DNA of 64,000 bases from Nitrospira sp. ST-bin4 (GCA_002083565.1 MSXM01000012.1:956-64955), one strand, 5' to 3'; numbered from the stretch's first letter, positions 10,583-22,056 are shown. The notes: generated from the letters alone by a model not told the origin. A program made the numbers and translations.

Positions 10583-11343
10583 TCATTCTCAAGACGCCTG
10601 CTGAAATTGAGATTATGGCGGAGGCGTCGAGAGTGGTTGCCGAGGTGCTGGAGATCGTTCGGAAAGAAGTTCGATCAGGAATCAGCACCGACGAGCTCGA
10701 TCGTCTGGCCGAGAAAGAGATTCGGGCAAGGGGGGCGACACCGGCGTTCAAGGGGTACAGAAATTATCCTAAGACGCTCTGCGCATCCGTGAACGAACAG
10801 GTGGTTCATGGAATACCATCCGGCCGGAAGCTCAAGGATGGCGATATTATCGGCCTTGACCTCGGTGCCATTGTTGGTGGATTTTACGGAGACTCAGCAG
10901 TAACGGTGGCAGTCGGTCGGGTGCCTGAGAAGATTGCGACGCTCGTGCAGGTGACGGAAGAATCGCTGTATCTGGGAATTGAGCAGGCGGTGGTCGGTAA
11001 TCGGTTGACAGATATTTCGCATGCGGTCCAACGCCATGTCGAGTCGGCTGGGTATTCGGTCGTCACGGAGTTTGTGGGGCATGGGATCGGCAGGCACTTG
11101 CACGAAGAACCGCAGGTTCCCAACTATGGGAAGCCTGGACAGGGGCCGCGGCTGCAGAGCGGCATGGTGCTCGCCATTGAGCCAATGGTCAATATGGGGG
11201 GGAGCGCCATCCGAGTTCTTGAGGATCGTTGGACGGCAGTCACGGCTGATGGAAGCTTGTCTGCTCACTTCGAACATACGATAGCCATACAACCAAGTGG
11301 CCCGGCTCGAATCTTGAGTCGTCGAGTCGCAGGCGAAATTTAA
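10579..11343 (+). CDS. map: methionine aminopeptidase type I
   Basis: [25 protein letters not shown] and SAHFEHT motifs. Confidence 0.98.
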   Translation: MIILKTPAEIEIMAEASRVVAEVLEIVRKEVRSGISTDELDRLAEKEIRARGATPAFKGYRNYPKTLCASVNEQVVHGIPSGRKLKDGDIIGLDLGAIVGGFYGDSAVTVAVGRVPEKIATLVQVTEESLYLGIEQAVVGNRLTDISHAVQRHVESAGYSVVTEFVGHGIGRHLHEEPQVPNYGKPGQGPRLQSGMVLAIEPMVNMGGSAIRVLEDRWTAVTADGSLSAHFEHTIAIQPSGPARILSRRVAGEI

Positions 11344-11368
11344 GTCGCAGAAAAGAACGCAGAAATAC

Positions 11369-11587
11369 GTGGCCAAAGAAGATATTATCGAAGTACAGGG
11401 TTCCGTGGCAGAAACTCTGCCGAATGCGATGTTTCGGGTGAAGCTCGAAAATGGACATATCATCTTAGCCCATATATCTGGCAAGATGCGGATGCATTTC
11501 ATTCGCATTCTTCCTGGTGATAAGGTGACGGTGGAAATGTCGCCGTATGATCTGACCAGGGGCCGGATCACGTATCGTTTCAAGTAG
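11369..11587 (+). CDS. infA: translation initiation factor IF-1
   Basis: [13 protein letters not shown]...SGKMR...[11 protein letters not shown]. Confidence 0.99.
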   Translation: MAKEDIIEVQGSVAETLPNAMFRVKLENGHIILAHISGKMRMHFIRILPGDKVTVEMSPYDLTRGRITYRFK

Positions 11588-11606
11588 CAGGGAGCATTGA
11601 GTTCTC

Positions 11607-11720
11607 ATGAAAGTGAAATCATCAGTGAAGCCGATTTGCGCAAAGTGTAAAGTTGTGCGCCGGCGAGGGGTAGTTCGGATTCTTTGCGATAACCCTCGCC
11701 ATAAACAGCGCCAAGGGTAA
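11607..11720 (+). CDS. rpmJ: 50S ribosomal protein L36 (zinc type; below the ORF-track cutoff)
   Basis: Hand translation: [37 protein letters not shown]. Confidence 0.98.
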   Translation: MKVKSSVKPICAKCKVVRRRGVVRILCDNPRHKQRQG

Positions 11721-11813
11721 GGATGTCCTTCGCTATCGGTCGAGCGCGCATGGGGTATCGCGTGTCTCATATCTAGCGGATGACGGTACACGATTCGACG
11801 GAAGGGAGAAGCA

Positions 11814-12212
11814 ATGGCACGTATCGCTGGCGTCGATTTGCCTAGAGGCAAGCGGGCCGATATTGGCTTGACCTACATTTACGGAATCGGACGGGCGGCC
11901 GCCTTGAAAATTCTGAAGGAGGCCGGCGTTGATACCGCTGTCCGCATCAAGGATTTGAGCGAGGACAAGATTGTCAAGCTGCGCGAGATCATCGACCGTG
12001 ATCACCGGGTGGAAGGTGATCTTCGCAAAGAGGTCTCATTGAATATCAAGCGGCTGGTTGATACGGGAACATACCGAGGCCTCCGGCACCGGAAAGGGTT
12101 GCCCGTGCGCGGACAGCGAACCAAAACGAATGCCAGGACGCGCAAAGGACGCCGTTCCGGCGTCGGCAGCAAACCGAGACCGTCGATGACGAAGTCCGCC
12201 CCGAGCGCATAA
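11814..12212 (+). CDS. rpsM: 30S ribosomal protein S13
   Basis: [10 protein letters not shown]...[26 protein letters not shown]. Confidence 0.99.
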   Translation: MARIAGVDLPRGKRADIGLTYIYGIGRAAALKILKEAGVDTAVRIKDLSEDKIVKLREIIDRDHRVEGDLRKEVSLNIKRLVDTGTYRGLRHRKGLPVRGQRTKTNARTRKGRRSGVGSKPRPSMTKSAPSA

Positions 12213-12241
12213 TTCGTCGAACGTACAATGAAGGAGTTCGC

Positions 12242-12625
12242 ATGAGCGTCAAGAAGGGGAAAAAGAAAGAACGGCGAATCGTTCAAAGCGGAGTCGCGCA
12301 CGTTCAAGCGTCGTTCAACAATACGATCGTGACGATTACCGATATGAGCGGGAATACGGTGGTGTGGGCCAGTGCAGGTAATCAAGGATTTAAGGGGTCC
12401 CGCAAAAGCACGCCGTTCGCCGCACAGCGGGCGGGAGAAGCTGCGGCTCGTAAGGCGATGGAGAGCGGGATGCGGCAAATCGATGTCTATGTGAATGGGC
12501 CTGGGTCCGGTCGGGAATCGGCGATCCGCTCACTGCAAGGAGCCGGACTGCGGATTAACCTGATTCGTGACGTGACGCCCATTCCGCATAACGGCTGCCG
12601 TCCGCCAAAACGACGGCGTGTCTAA
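12242..12625 (+). CDS. rpsK: 30S ribosomal protein S11
   Basis: [39 protein letters not shown]. Confidence 0.99.
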   Translation: MSVKKGKKKERRIVQSGVAHVQASFNNTIVTITDMSGNTVVWASAGNQGFKGSRKSTPFAAQRAGEAAARKAMESGMRQIDVYVNGPGSGRESAIRSLQGAGLRINLIRDVTPIPHNGCRPPKRRRV

Positions 12626-12707
12626 GTCGAGAGGGAACCGAACGTCGGATTGAATAACGATTCTGGACATGCGCGAGGGCATGTCTGCGGCAACTGGAGG
12701 TAGAGAA

Positions 12708-13334
12708 GTGGCAAAGTATCGCGGTCCCGTCTGTCGGCTCTGTCGGCGAGAAGGTGAGAAACTGTTTCTCAAAGGTGCGCGTTGCATGACAGAAAAGTGC
12801 GCCATCGAGCGGCGGAGCTACCCTCCCGGCCAGCATGGACAGGGGCGTCAACGGACCTCTGACTATAGTCTCCAGTTGCGTGAAAAGCAGAAGTTGCGCC
12901 GAATTTACGGTCTTCAAGAACGGCAATTCCGCGGCGTGTTCGAGCGGGCTGAGCGGCAAATCGGTGTCACGGGCGATGCGTTGCTGCGGTTGCTCGAATG
13001 CCGGCTCGACAATGTCGCCTATCGCTTGGGATTCGGCATGTCGCGAAAGCAGGCCCGGCAGATCGTCAGTCACGGTCATCTCTTGATGAACGGGAAGAGG
13101 ATCACAGTTGCCGGCGCGCTTGTGAAGGCAGGGGACGTCATTGAAGTTCGTGAGCGGAGCAGGAATCTGGCAACCATTCAGGGCGCTTTGGAGGCCGTCG
13201 ACGGCCGTGGGATTCCGGACTGGCTCGAGCTCGACAAGGGCGCATTCAAAGGAGTCGTGCGCGCATTGCCGGCGAAGGAACATATCCCGTTGCCGGTTAA
13301 TGAACAGATGGTTGTGGAATTGTATTCACGATAG
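12708..13334 (+). CDS. rpsD: 30S ribosomal protein S4
   Basis: YRGPVCRLCRREG, QLREKQK, LECRLDNVAYRLG, VVELYSR; GTG 12708 after GGAGGT. Confidence 0.98.
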   Translation: MAKYRGPVCRLCRREGEKLFLKGARCMTEKCAIERRSYPPGQHGQGRQRTSDYSLQLREKQKLRRIYGLQERQFRGVFERAERQIGVTGDALLRLLECRLDNVAYRLGFGMSRKQARQIVSHGHLLMNGKRITVAGALVKAGDVIEVRERSRNLATIQGALEAVDGRGIPDWLELDKGAFKGVVRALPAKEHIPLPVNEQMVVELYSR

Positions 13335-13418
13335 CCGTTGGACTCAGGGGCGGCGTCGTTGTGCGAACGGACGTTCCACAGGTTAGTTACGTATACGCTG
13401 GTACATGGAGGGGGAGTC

Positions 13419-14420
13419 ATGATCAAGGCGATGAGAGACTTTCAGGTCCCGATGCGGGTGGAAGTCGATAAGGATGCACATTCCCCAACATTCGGTCGAT
13501 TCACCACAGAAGCGTTCGAGCGGGGATTCGGGACCACGATCGGAAACGCCCTGCGGCGTGTCTTGCTGTCGTCTCTGACGGGCGCTGCAGTCACCACGGT
13601 GAAGATTGAAGGGGTGGTACATGAGTTTTCGACGATCGCCGGTGTGACGGAGGATGTGACGGCGATTATTTTGAATATCAAGGGTCTGCGATTGGCGCTC
13701 CATACCGACAAGCCCAAGACGATTCGATTGAAGAAAAAGGGGCCGGGTGAAGCGAAGGGGTCCGACATCATTCATGACGGCGATGTCACCATTCTGACCC
13801 CTGATTTGCATATCGCGATGTTAGATAAGGATGCAACTCTGGATATTGAAATGACAGTCAAGCACGGCCGTGGATATGTTCCGGCCGAACGCAACAAGGA
13901 AGAAGGCTTGCCGATCGGTGTGATTGCCATCGATTCTATTTTCTCTCCGATCAAGCGGGTGAATTTTCAGGTTGAGAACGCTCGTGTCGGACGCATGACT
14001 GACTACGACAAGTTGACGATGGAGATTTGGACCGATGCGACGATCAGCCCACGTGATGCGCTATCGACTGCCGCCGGGATTTTGCGCGAACATCTGGATA
14101 TCTTCATCAATCCGGAGGAGCGTGGCGAGGGCAAGAACGAGGCAGGTTATGAGGAGTCGCAGCGGGAGGTGAATAAAAACCTTTCCCGCAGTGTGAATGA
14201 ACTGGAGCTGTCCGTCCGTGCTGCGAATTGTTTGAAGAATGCCAATATCAAAACGATCGCAGATCTGGTGCAGAAGTCTGAAGGAGAGATGCTGCGGACG
14301 AAGAATTTCGGGAAGAAGTCTCTCAATGAAATCAAGGAAATCTTGTCTGAAATGGGACTCTCGCTGGGCACCAAGGTGGATTTGCCACCGTCTCACAATG
14401 GGAGTCCGAAGTCGGAGTAA
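13419..14420 (+). CDS. rpoA: RNA polymerase alpha subunit
   Basis: [46 protein letters not shown] 13419 after GGAG. Confidence 0.99.
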   Translation: MIKAMRDFQVPMRVEVDKDAHSPTFGRFTTEAFERGFGTTIGNALRRVLLSSLTGAAVTTVKIEGVVHEFSTIAGVTEDVTAIILNIKGLRLALHTDKPKTIRLKKKGPGEAKGSDIIHDGDVTILTPDLHIAMLDKDATLDIEMTVKHGRGYVPAERNKEEGLPIGVIAIDSIFSPIKRVNFQVENARVGRMTDYDKLTMEIWTDATISPRDALSTAAGILREHLDIFINPEERGEGKNEAGYEESQREVNKNLSRSVNELELSVRAANCLKNANIKTIADLVQKSEGEMLRTKNFGKKSLNEIKEILSEMGLSLGTKVDLPPSHNGSPKSE

Positions 14421-14442
14421 TTCTTAGGTCAAGGGGAACGCC

Positions 14443-14874
14443 GTGCGACACAGGAAAAAAGGGCGACAACTCGGCAGACAAACCAAGCATCGGTGGGCGT
14501 TGTTCCGCAATCTCGTCACGTCGTTGCTCGACCACGAGCGGATCGAGACGACGGAAGCGAAAGCCAAGGAAATACGCGGGTTCACTGATCGCATGATTAC
14601 GTTGGGGAAGGAAGGGACCCTTCCAGCGCGGCGCCGCGCGCTCGCATTTTTGCGAAGCAAGGACGTCGTGTCCAAGTTGTTCGCAGATGTCGCGGGACGG
14701 TTTAAGGATCGTCGCGGAGGGTACACCAGGATTGTGAAAACCCGCCGACGTATCGGGGATGGCGGAGAAATGGTTGCTATTGAATTGGTTTCACGCCCAG
14801 AGGCGCCGGCCGCACAGAAATCATCGAGCCCCCCCGCGCAGCCTTCCGCTGGCGAACCTCAAAAGTCAGTATAG
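14443..14874 (+). CDS. rplQ: 50S ribosomal protein L17
   Basis: [12 protein letters not shown]...[10 protein letters not shown]...GGYTRI. Confidence 0.98.
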   Translation: MRHRKKGRQLGRQTKHRWALFRNLVTSLLDHERIETTEAKAKEIRGFTDRMITLGKEGTLPARRRALAFLRSKDVVSKLFADVAGRFKDRRGGYTRIVKTRRRIGDGGEMVAIELVSRPEAPAAQKSSSPPAQPSAGEPQKSV

Positions 14875-14914
14875 ATTTTATTTGTAATCAGAACTCTCGG
14901 GCTATCTTTCTCAA

Positions 14915-14946
14915 ATGCCCTCCATGTGGAAACACATGGAGGGCAT
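14915..14946 (+). terminator. hairpin ending the ribosomal operon
   Basis: Perfect 14-bp stem ATGCCCTCCATGTG-GAAA-CACATGGAGGGCAT, 40 nt after rplQ; U-tract is weak. Confidence 0.75.
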
Positions 14947-15048
14947 CGTGTTGTCAGGCGCTTCCAGAGATCCTCAGAGACGTTTACTTGCCCTGTCGTG
15001 CATGCTACGATCGTGCCAGCACCTCTGTGACCATTTGAGAGCCGGTAT

Positions 15049-15621
15049 ATGTGGGAACGAATCGTACGGCGAACACTTCTGACATTGAGTATATTCCTGT
15101 CCGCGTTTCTGGGCTATCTGCTCTTTGTCAATGCCGATTCAGCTCCATCGACCCAACCGGCCTCTTCCGGATCGATTGAGCGTGCGGATGCGAAGATCTC
15201 AGAGTTTATCTTTACGCAAACTAAAGGCGATGTTGTCGAGTGGCAAGTGCAGGCCAAGCAGGCACGGTTGTTTGAGCGGGAGAAAAAGGCACGGCTTACG
15301 GGGGTCGATATCACGTTTTATGGCGAGAAGGGGACGGAGCTGACTCTGTCAGGAGAAGAGGGAATACTCGATATCGCAACGAAGAATCTTGAGCTGGCTA
15401 ATCAGACAGAGCCTTTGGTTGTTGAAACGAAAAGTGGATATACCATTTATACGAATCATCTGGCATGGAAAGACGAGACCAAAGAGATTCGTACGGATGA
15501 CAATGTTCGAATCGTCGGTCATGGAATTGAAGTGACCGGGCGTGGACTGCTCGGCCGGATGGCTGCGCAGGAATTCGAGATTTTAGGGGATGTTCATGTG
15601 GATCTTGTTCCTGTTTCTTAA
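15049..15621 (+). CDS. lptC: LPS export protein LptC
   Basis: Single N-terminal TM segment then a beta-rich domain; directly upstream of lptA and lptB. Confidence 0.85.
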   Translation: MWERIVRRTLLTLSIFLSAFLGYLLFVNADSAPSTQPASSGSIERADAKISEFIFTQTKGDVVEWQVQAKQARLFEREKKARLTGVDITFYGEKGTELTLSGEEGILDIATKNLELANQTEPLVVETKSGYTIYTNHLAWKDETKEIRTDDNVRIVGHGIEVTGRGLLGRMAAQEFEILGDVHVDLVPVS

Positions 15622-16177
15622 TGTAGTTCTGTTCGGAGACGTGTTGCCAAGCCATTCTGCGGAACCTGGGATCCTGCAAAAACAAGGAGTAACCGCCGCT
15701 GTCCCCACCACGATTACAGCCAAGAAAGTCACGGTACGTAAACAAGACAACCGGGCCGTATTTGAAGGAACTGTTGTTCTGACCAGGGGCCCACTTCTTG
15801 TTTATTCGGATAAGATGATCGTCCTGTTTCAATCGCTCGGCAGTGGGCAGGCGCCAACAACTTCTCCCGGGCAGGTTGCCGGACAGTCGTCAGATAAGGG
15901 GAAAGACACGCCGCCGACAATGTCGAACCATTCCGTGCATCGAGTCGAAGCGATTGACCATGTCAAAATAAAGTATGCGACCGGTAATGCGACGTGCCAG
16001 AAAGCCGTGTATTTCAGTGAGGGTGATAAGATTGTTTTGACGGGCGAACCTGTGGCCTGGGAGAAGGGAACACGCGTCAGCGGAAAGCAAATCACGATCT
16101 ACCTGGCAGAGGAACGGAGTGTGGTCGAGGGAGACTCACATGTCCGTATTGAGGAAGAGGAAAAATCCGCACCATGA
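15590..16177 (+). CDS. lptA: LPS transport periplasmic protein LptA (OstA family)
   Basis: Signal peptide; [16 protein letters not shown] and [11 protein letters not shown] patterns. Confidence 0.85.
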   Translation: MFMWILFLFLNVVLFGDVLPSHSAEPGILQKQGVTAAVPTTITAKKVTVRKQDNRAVFEGTVVLTRGPLLVYSDKMIVLFQSLGSGQAPTTSPGQVAGQSSDKGKDTPPTMSNHSVHRVEAIDHVKIKYATGNATCQKAVYFSEGDKIVLTGEPVAWEKGTRVSGKQITIYLAEERSVVEGDSHVRIEEEEKSAP

Positions 16178-16956
16178 CCCAGGGGACTCCCACAGGTGCA
16201 GAGGCAGTCATCGATGCGGCAGCGAAAACACGTACGGAATGTCTGCGCGCCAGCGGACTCGTCAAGAGTTTTCGAGGCCGCAAGGTCGTCAAGGGGGTTG
16301 CGATCGAAGTGCGGGCCGGGGAAGTCGTGGGGTTATTAGGCCCGAATGGGGCAGGGAAAACGACCATCTTCGATATGATGGTCGGGATTTGTCAGCCTGA
16401 TGAAGGAGAGATTACTTTCAATGGGGAATCTGTAACCGATCTTCCCATGTTTAAGCGGGCACGCCGCGGGATTGGGTATTTACCGCAGGAGTCGTCGGTG
16501 TTTCGTCGCTTGTCCGTCGAGCATAATGTCTTGGCGATCTTAGAAATGCTGGGGTATGCTCGTGAGGAACGCATTCGCCGGGTGGATGAATTGTTGAAAG
16601 AGTTAGACCTCATTCATATTCGAGAGAGTATGGCCTATGCCCTCTCAGGCGGAGAACGCCGGAGGTTGGAGATTACCCGGGCACTGGCTACGGCTCCATC
16701 GTTCATGCTGCTGGACGAACCGTTTGCCGGTATTGATCCCATCGCGGTAGCGGATATTCAGCAGATCATCACGCGACTGAAGGACAAAGGGATCGGCATC
16801 TTGATTACCGACCATAACGTGCAGGAGACGCTTTCGATCGTGGATCGGGCGTACATTATCAATGAGGGGTTGATCCTGGAATCGGGACCGCCTCAAGCAA
16901 TCGTGAAGAGTGAAACTGCCCGGGCGGTGTATCTTGGGGAACGGTTCAAGTTGTAG
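16174..16956 (+). CDS. lptB: LPS export ABC transporter ATPase LptB
   Basis: [44 protein letters not shown]. Confidence 0.97.
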   Translation: MTQGTPTGAEAVIDAAAKTRTECLRASGLVKSFRGRKVVKGVAIEVRAGEVVGLLGPNGAGKTTIFDMMVGICQPDEGEITFNGESVTDLPMFKRARRGIGYLPQESSVFRRLSVEHNVLAILEMLGYAREERIRRVDELLKELDLIHIRESMAYALSGGERRRLEITRALATAPSFMLLDEPFAGIDPIAVADIQQIITRLKDKGIGILITDHNVQETLSIVDRAYIINEGLILESGPPQAIVKSETARAVYLGERFKL

Positions 16957-16970
16957 CTGGATAGGTGGGC

Positions 16971-18479
16971 ATGAAACTTCGACTTGATCTAAAGCTTAGT
17001 CAAAAATTGATTATGACGCCGCAATTGCAGCAGGCGATCAAGCTGTTGCAGTTGTCTCGTCTAGAGCTTCAGCAGAGCCTCTCGCAGCACCTTTTGGAAA
17101 ATCCATTGTTGGATGAAGTCCAGGCAGAAGTAGAGGATGTGGAGCCTCCCACTGCCGAAGGCAAGTCGGAAGAGCCCCCTGCTGCGGCAGGCCAAGAGTT
17201 GTCCGAAGAAGGAGGGACGCCGGAGGAGCGTGGTTCGCCCGAAGAGTTCAGTGCATCCGGATGGGAAGAGTATTTTGGAAGTGACCGTCGGATCGGCGAT
17301 TCCGAGCGTGCCTCCTCCTCCCAGGATGAATTCCCATCCTATGAGCAGACCGTTGCCAAAGCGACATCGCTTGAGGAGCATCTTCTCTGGCAGTTGTCAT
17401 TGTCCGGATTAACGGATCGAGGGAAAGCGCTCGGTCGGCTGATCATCGGGAACCTTGATGATGACGGATATCTCCGCATTCCATTGACTGAGGTTATCGC
17501 AGGAACCGATTTCACGGAATCTGAGGCGGAGTCTGCCCTCAGAGACATCCAAACGTTCGATCCGACCGGTGTCGGGGCGAGAGACTTGCCCGAATGCCTC
17601 CTCCTGCAGCTCGGGCATTTAGGCCGCAATCCGATCGGTTCGTTGGGTGCGCGGCCAGGCGCGCTCAAGGGGTCGATCGTTGAGGGTGTGATCCTTCATC
17701 ATTTGAAGGATTTGGAAAAGAAGCAGTATGCCAAAATTGCCAAGGCGTTGGATGTGACGGTTGACGAAGTATTTCAGGCCACCAAGGTCATTGAAAATCT
17801 CGAGCCCAAACCGGGCCGGCCGTTCACGAACACACAGAACTATGTCATCGTTCCAGATGTGTTCGTCGTCAAGGATGAAGGGGAGTGGGTCGTGCTATTA
17901 AATGACGATGGTCTCCCTCGCATGCGGATCAGCCCGTATTACAAACAATTGATGGCTTCCAGCCAGGGAGGCGCTCCTGAAACGAAAGCCTACATGGATG
18001 AGAAGTTGCGGGCTGCCCAGTGGGTCATTCGGAGCATCGAACAACGCAATAAGACGATTGTGAAGGTCGTATCAAGTATCGTGAAGTTTCAGGAGCAATT
18101 CTTTGAGCGCGGTGTCTCGCACCTCAAACCCCTCGTGCTTAAACAGGTCGCCGAAGACATCGGGATGCACGAGTCGACCATCAGTCGCGTCACCGCCAAT
18201 AAGTATATGTATTGTCCTCAGGGCATGTTGGAGCTGAAGTTCTTCTTCAACGCCGGGCTGCAGCGGACCGACCAGCCGTCGGATATGCACTCGTCCGTAT
18301 CCGTGAGAGAGATGATTAAGAAAATGGTGGCGGAGGAAGACGGCAAGCGGCCGTTAAAGGATGAAGAAATAGCCGCCCGCCTTCGCACGCAACAAGTCCT
18401 TATTGCCAGACGAACGGTCGCCAAATATCGGGCGGAGGATAATATTCCTTCCGCCGGCCAACGGAAACGTTTCTTTTAG
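16971..18479 (+). CDS. rpoN: RNA polymerase sigma-54 factor
   Basis: MTPQLQQAIKLLQLS, HESTISR and RpoN box ARRTVAKYR. Confidence 0.99.
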   Translation: MKLRLDLKLSQKLIMTPQLQQAIKLLQLSRLELQQSLSQHLLENPLLDEVQAEVEDVEPPTAEGKSEEPPAAAGQELSEEGGTPEERGSPEEFSASGWEEYFGSDRRIGDSERASSSQDEFPSYEQTVAKATSLEEHLLWQLSLSGLTDRGKALGRLIIGNLDDDGYLRIPLTEVIAGTDFTESEAESALRDIQTFDPTGVGARDLPECLLLQLGHLGRNPIGSLGARPGALKGSIVEGVILHHLKDLEKKQYAKIAKALDVTVDEVFQATKVIENLEPKPGRPFTNTQNYVIVPDVFVVKDEGEWVVLLNDDGLPRMRISPYYKQLMASSQGGAPETKAYMDEKLRAAQWVIRSIEQRNKTIVKVVSSIVKFQEQFFERGVSHLKPLVLKQVAEDIGMHESTISRVTANKYMYCPQGMLELKFFFNAGLQRTDQPSDMHSSVSVREMIKKMVAEEDGKRPLKDEEIAARLRTQQVLIARRTVAKYRAEDNIPSAGQRKRFF

Positions 18480-18521
18480 TCTGCGTAAAGGCCATATTCA
18501 CTGACCGGTAGGAGGTGTGAT

Positions 18522-18860
18522 ATGAGGCTGAGAATTACCGGACGCCATCTGGACATCACGTCTGCACTGAAGAGTTATGTGGAAACGCGGTTTGGGCGGC
18601 TCGATCGCTACGAGTTGAAGGTCGGATCGCTTCAGGTTGTACTGGGAGTTGAAAAGCTTCGGCATATGGCTGAAGTAATCGGAACGGTCAACGGCAGACC
18701 GCTGCAGGCAAAAACATCCACTCGAGAAATGTACGCGACAATTGACGCGCTGGTGGATCGGGTTGACGCACAGTTCAGGAAGTGGAAGGGGCGTCTGGTC
18801 AGCCGCAAGTCTGGAGGAACCAGAAGGCCTCAGATGCGAACCGATGCCGAGTTGCTATAA
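18522..18860 (+). CDS. hpf: ribosome hibernation promoting factor (short HPF/RaiA type)
   Basis: ITGRHLDIT.ALKSYVE...MYATID.LVDR; directly downstream of rpoN. Confidence 0.9.
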   Translation: MRLRITGRHLDITSALKSYVETRFGRLDRYELKVGSLQVVLGVEKLRHMAEVIGTVNGRPLQAKTSTREMYATIDALVDRVDAQFRKWKGRLVSRKSGGTRRPQMRTDAELL

Positions 18861-19166
18861 CACGACTCTAAGAGGACTTTTAGAATTTGGAGATGCCCGC
18901 AAGGGAATTAGAATGTCGTACTACACCCGGTTTTCTCCCGTACTTTTACCGAGAACACTCTAGCAGAAAACCACACGTCGATCAGTCGAATCTATACCCC
19001 TCGGGAAGTGTCCGGATACAGGCGATGTGGAGGTGTTGGGTCATCAGTACAGGAAGTAGCGCAGACTTGACCGCTGTCGATGAAGTAGGCGATGCTTGAT
19101 CTCGCTCAACATATCTTGTGCCCATGACAGAGGATGCGTTGAGACATCCATTAGACTAAGAATGAT

Positions 19167-20033
19167 ATGGCCCAACTCAGCTTAGTCATTATTAGTGGAT
19201 TGTCCGGGTCCGGTAAATCTCACGCACTCAAGGTGTTTGAGGATGCCGGATATTTCTGTATCGATAACCTTCCACCCGCCCTGCTGCCAACTTTTGTCGA
19301 TCTTTGCAATCAGCAGAAAGGTGAGATCGCTAATGTGGCCTTGGGCATCGATATTCGAGAGCGGGTATTTTTTTCTGACCTGGTTGGTATTCTTGAGCGT
19401 GTCAAAGGGCTCGGACATTCTGTCCAGTTGCTGTTTCTTGAATCGCGCGAGGAGGTCTTGGTTCGACGATTTTCCGAGTCGAGGCGTCCGCATCCGCTCT
19501 TGCCTCACTTGCCTGTATTGGAAGGGGTTCGGTTCGAAGCCCAACGGCTTGCGGAGCTTCGGCGGCATGCAGACCGTGTCATTGATACGTCGGATCTGAC
19601 GGTGCATGAACTTCGCGACTTGCTCACCAAGCAGTTCAGGCAAGATCCGGGCGAAAAGAAACTTACGATATCGCTGCTCACATTCGGCTATAAATTCGGG
19701 GTTCCCTACGATATTGATTTGTTGTTCGATGTGCGCTTCCTTAAGAATCCCTATTTCGTTCCTGATCTGAAGTCGCTTCCCGGGGATGACCCCAGAGTTC
19801 GCGCCTTCATTTTGTCAAACTCCGATGCCATTGCGTTGATCGAGCGGCTTGAAGGGTTGCTCAAGTTTCTCATTCCGCAGTTCGAGCGCGAGCCACGCAG
19901 CTATCTGACGATCGCAATCGGGTGTACCGGCGGTCGTCATCGATCTGTTGCGGTCGCCGGACGTCTACAAGAAGGCCTTTCTGCCATGGGCTACGACGTC
20001 GCACTAAAGCATCGCGACATTCACAAATCATAG
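19167..20033 (+). CDS. rapZ: RapZ/YvcJ-family P-loop protein
   Basis: GLSGSGKS, DNLP, RRFSESRRPHP, FGYKFG, GCTGGRHRS. Confidence 0.96.
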   Translation: MAQLSLVIISGLSGSGKSHALKVFEDAGYFCIDNLPPALLPTFVDLCNQQKGEIANVALGIDIRERVFFSDLVGILERVKGLGHSVQLLFLESREEVLVRRFSESRRPHPLLPHLPVLEGVRFEAQRLAELRRHADRVIDTSDLTVHELRDLLTKQFRQDPGEKKLTISLLTFGYKFGVPYDIDLLFDVRFLKNPYFVPDLKSLPGDDPRVRAFILSNSDAIALIERLEGLLKFLIPQFEREPRSYLTIAIGCTGGRHRSVAVAGRLQEGLSAMGYDVALKHRDIHKS

Positions 20034-20098
20034 GTCTTGCAAAGAGGGACATGTCTGCGCTTATTGAGGAAGCGCTATTGCGTCATTCTGCCCATTTC

Positions 20099-20126
20099 TT
20101 GACAGGTAGAACATAGTGACTATACT
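20099..20126 (+). promoter_or_regulatory. sigma70-type promoter of the pil operon
   Basis: TTGACA (20099-20104), 16-nt spacer, TATACT (20121-20126). Confidence 0.65.
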
Positions 20127-20398
20127 TGCCCATGTGAGCATGCAAACGGCTTGTAAAGTGAGTTCACGACGTGAAGCGGCAGATATTCTCTTCCTGGCGA
20201 ACGGGGTTGAAGGTATGCCAGCCGTGCGATTCAATCAACGCGTAGAGACGATATGTGTCTGCCGGGAAGAGGAGTGTGTGATTGCCGGATGTTTCGGGAT
20301 TGGAGCACCCGGGAACGCTACCTACAATTGACGATGGATGAAAACGCGAAAATAATTCGTGTATGAAAGGTTGTCGTGTAGAGTGACAGGGAATACAT

Positions 20399-21505
20399 AT
20401 GCTGAGCTCATTTAAAAACGTATTCGAGACCGATCTGATCTCATTCCTGACGCCGCGCAAGCAGCTGGTGGGCCTCGACATCGGATCCAGCGCGATTAAG
20501 CTTGTTCAGTTGAGGGAAAGCAAAGGGCGGTACATTCTTCAGAAATTCGGTGTGAAGCCTCTTGAGCCCGAGGTGATTGTTGATGGGACGGTGATGGACG
20601 AAGGTCGTGTGGTTTCGGCCATTCGAGAGTTGTTCGATGAGACCGGAGTCAAGAATAAGCAGGTGGCCGTCTCAATTTCAGGACACGCCGTCATCGTGAA
20701 GAAGATCAGCTTGCCCCCGATGCCGGACGAAGAGTTGGAAGGGCAGGTGAAGTTAGCGGCGGAGCAGTATATCCCCTTCGATATCAATGAAGTGAATATC
20801 GATTTTCATGTGTTGCCAGCCGATCTGTCAGGGGACAAGCAGACAGATATGGCGGTTATTCTCGTTGCTGCGAAGAAAGACAAGATCAATGAATTGACCG
20901 AACTTGTCAAGGGCGCGGGCCTTACGCCGATGATCATGGATGTGGATGCGTTTGCGATCGAGAATATGCACGCCATCAATTATCCGATGGCGCAGGATGA
21001 AACCACGGCGTTGATCAATATCGGGGCGAGTGTGATGAATGTGAATATCATCCGCGGCGGCGCCTCTCTGTTCACGCGGGATATTCCATTGGGCGGCAAT
21101 CGTTACACCGAGGCGATTCAACGCGAGATGGGTATGTCCTATGAGGAGGCGGAAGAAAGTAAACGAGTAGGGAAGGGAAGAGACTCCGGCGAGGGCGCGA
21201 TGAGTGCTGTGATGAACAGCATGAATGGCGAGGTCGCTTCTGAGATCGCCAGAACAGTGGATTATTTTAAAACATCCGCTGCAAATGCCGAGCTGGATCG
21301 AGTGCTTGTGTGCGGTGGTGTCGCGCAAGCTAAAGGATTGATCCAGCAACTCGGCGATCGGATGCAAATTCCTGTAGAGCTGGCCGACCCGTTTAGCGAA
21401 ATCGATGTGACCGGAAGCGGCATGGATCCAGACCTGTTGGCCGATCTGGCGCCATCGGCGGCGGTCGGCGTCGGGTTGGCACTGAGGGCGGTGGGGGACC
21501 GATGA
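20399..21505 (+). CDS. pilM: type IV pilus assembly protein PilM
   Basis: GLDIGSSAIKLV actin-like motif, EQYIPF, NIGAS, VCGGVA, AVGVGLALR. Confidence 0.96.
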   Translation: MLSSFKNVFETDLISFLTPRKQLVGLDIGSSAIKLVQLRESKGRYILQKFGVKPLEPEVIVDGTVMDEGRVVSAIRELFDETGVKNKQVAVSISGHAVIVKKISLPPMPDEELEGQVKLAAEQYIPFDINEVNIDFHVLPADLSGDKQTDMAVILVAAKKDKINELTELVKGAGLTPMIMDVDAFAIENMHAINYPMAQDETTALINIGASVMNVNIIRGGASLFTRDIPLGGNRYTEAIQREMGMSYEEAEESKRVGKGRDSGEGAMSAVMNSMNGEVASEIARTVDYFKTSAANAELDRVLVCGGVAQAKGLIQQLGDRMQIPVELADPFSEIDVTGSGMDPDLLADLAPSAAVGVGLALRAVGDR

Positions 21506-22056
21506 TTCGCATTAATCTGCTTGCCTCGGGGGCAAAAGCAAGAAAAGCTAAGCCTCAATATGACGTCCGCGCACAAGTACTGCTCGGCGTGGGAGTGATT
21601 CTGATTATTGTGACCGGATGTTGGTGGTACGCCTCTACGCTCGATAGTGAAATTGAGGCGCGACAGGAAGAGAAGCGGGAGAAGGAAAGCCAGGTTGCGC
21701 AATTAAAAGAGCAGGTGAAAAAAGTTCAAGACTTTGAGCAAAAGAAGAAACTGCTAGAGGATAAGAATCGAATCATCGACCAGCTGGAGCAGTCGAGAAT
21801 GGGGCCGGTGAAAGTGCTGGATCATGTCAGCCAGAGTATCGAGCCTCTGAAGATCTGGTTGACGAGATTAGGTGTGTCATCCGATACGGTGGAATTGGAA
21901 GGGAAAGCGCTCACGAACGATGATGTCGTGGAATTTGCGAATAATCTTCGGCGGACAGACTATTTTGCCGGCATCAATCTTCAGGAAAGCAAGGCGACGG
22001 TTGAAAACAAGATCAATGTATATCAGTTTCGATTGACGTTTCGCCTGAAGGGATGA
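21502..22056 (+). CDS. pilN: type IV pilus assembly protein PilN
   Basis: IRINLL N-terminal motif, TM segment and coiled coil. Confidence 0.93.
   Translation: MIRINLLASGAKARKAKPQYDVRAQVLLGVGVILIIVTGCWWYASTLDSEIEARQEEKREKESQVAQLKEQVKKVQDFEQKKKLLEDKNRIIDQLEQSRMGPVKVLDHVSQSIEPLKIWLTRLGVSSDTVELEGKALTNDDVVEFANNLRRTDYFAGINLQESKATVENKINVYQFRLTFRLKG

Noticed and set aside
20135..20290. c-di-GMP-I/GEMM riboswitch or 6S RNA call
   Set aside because: The GNRA-capped P2 stem and GACGCAAAGC junction are not cleanly present, and there is no clear 6S central bubble; kept only as an unnamed structured leader
18887..20331. Short intergenic ORFs 18887-19099 and 20116-20331
   Set aside because: No clear RBS or family motif; the second starts within the pil promoter
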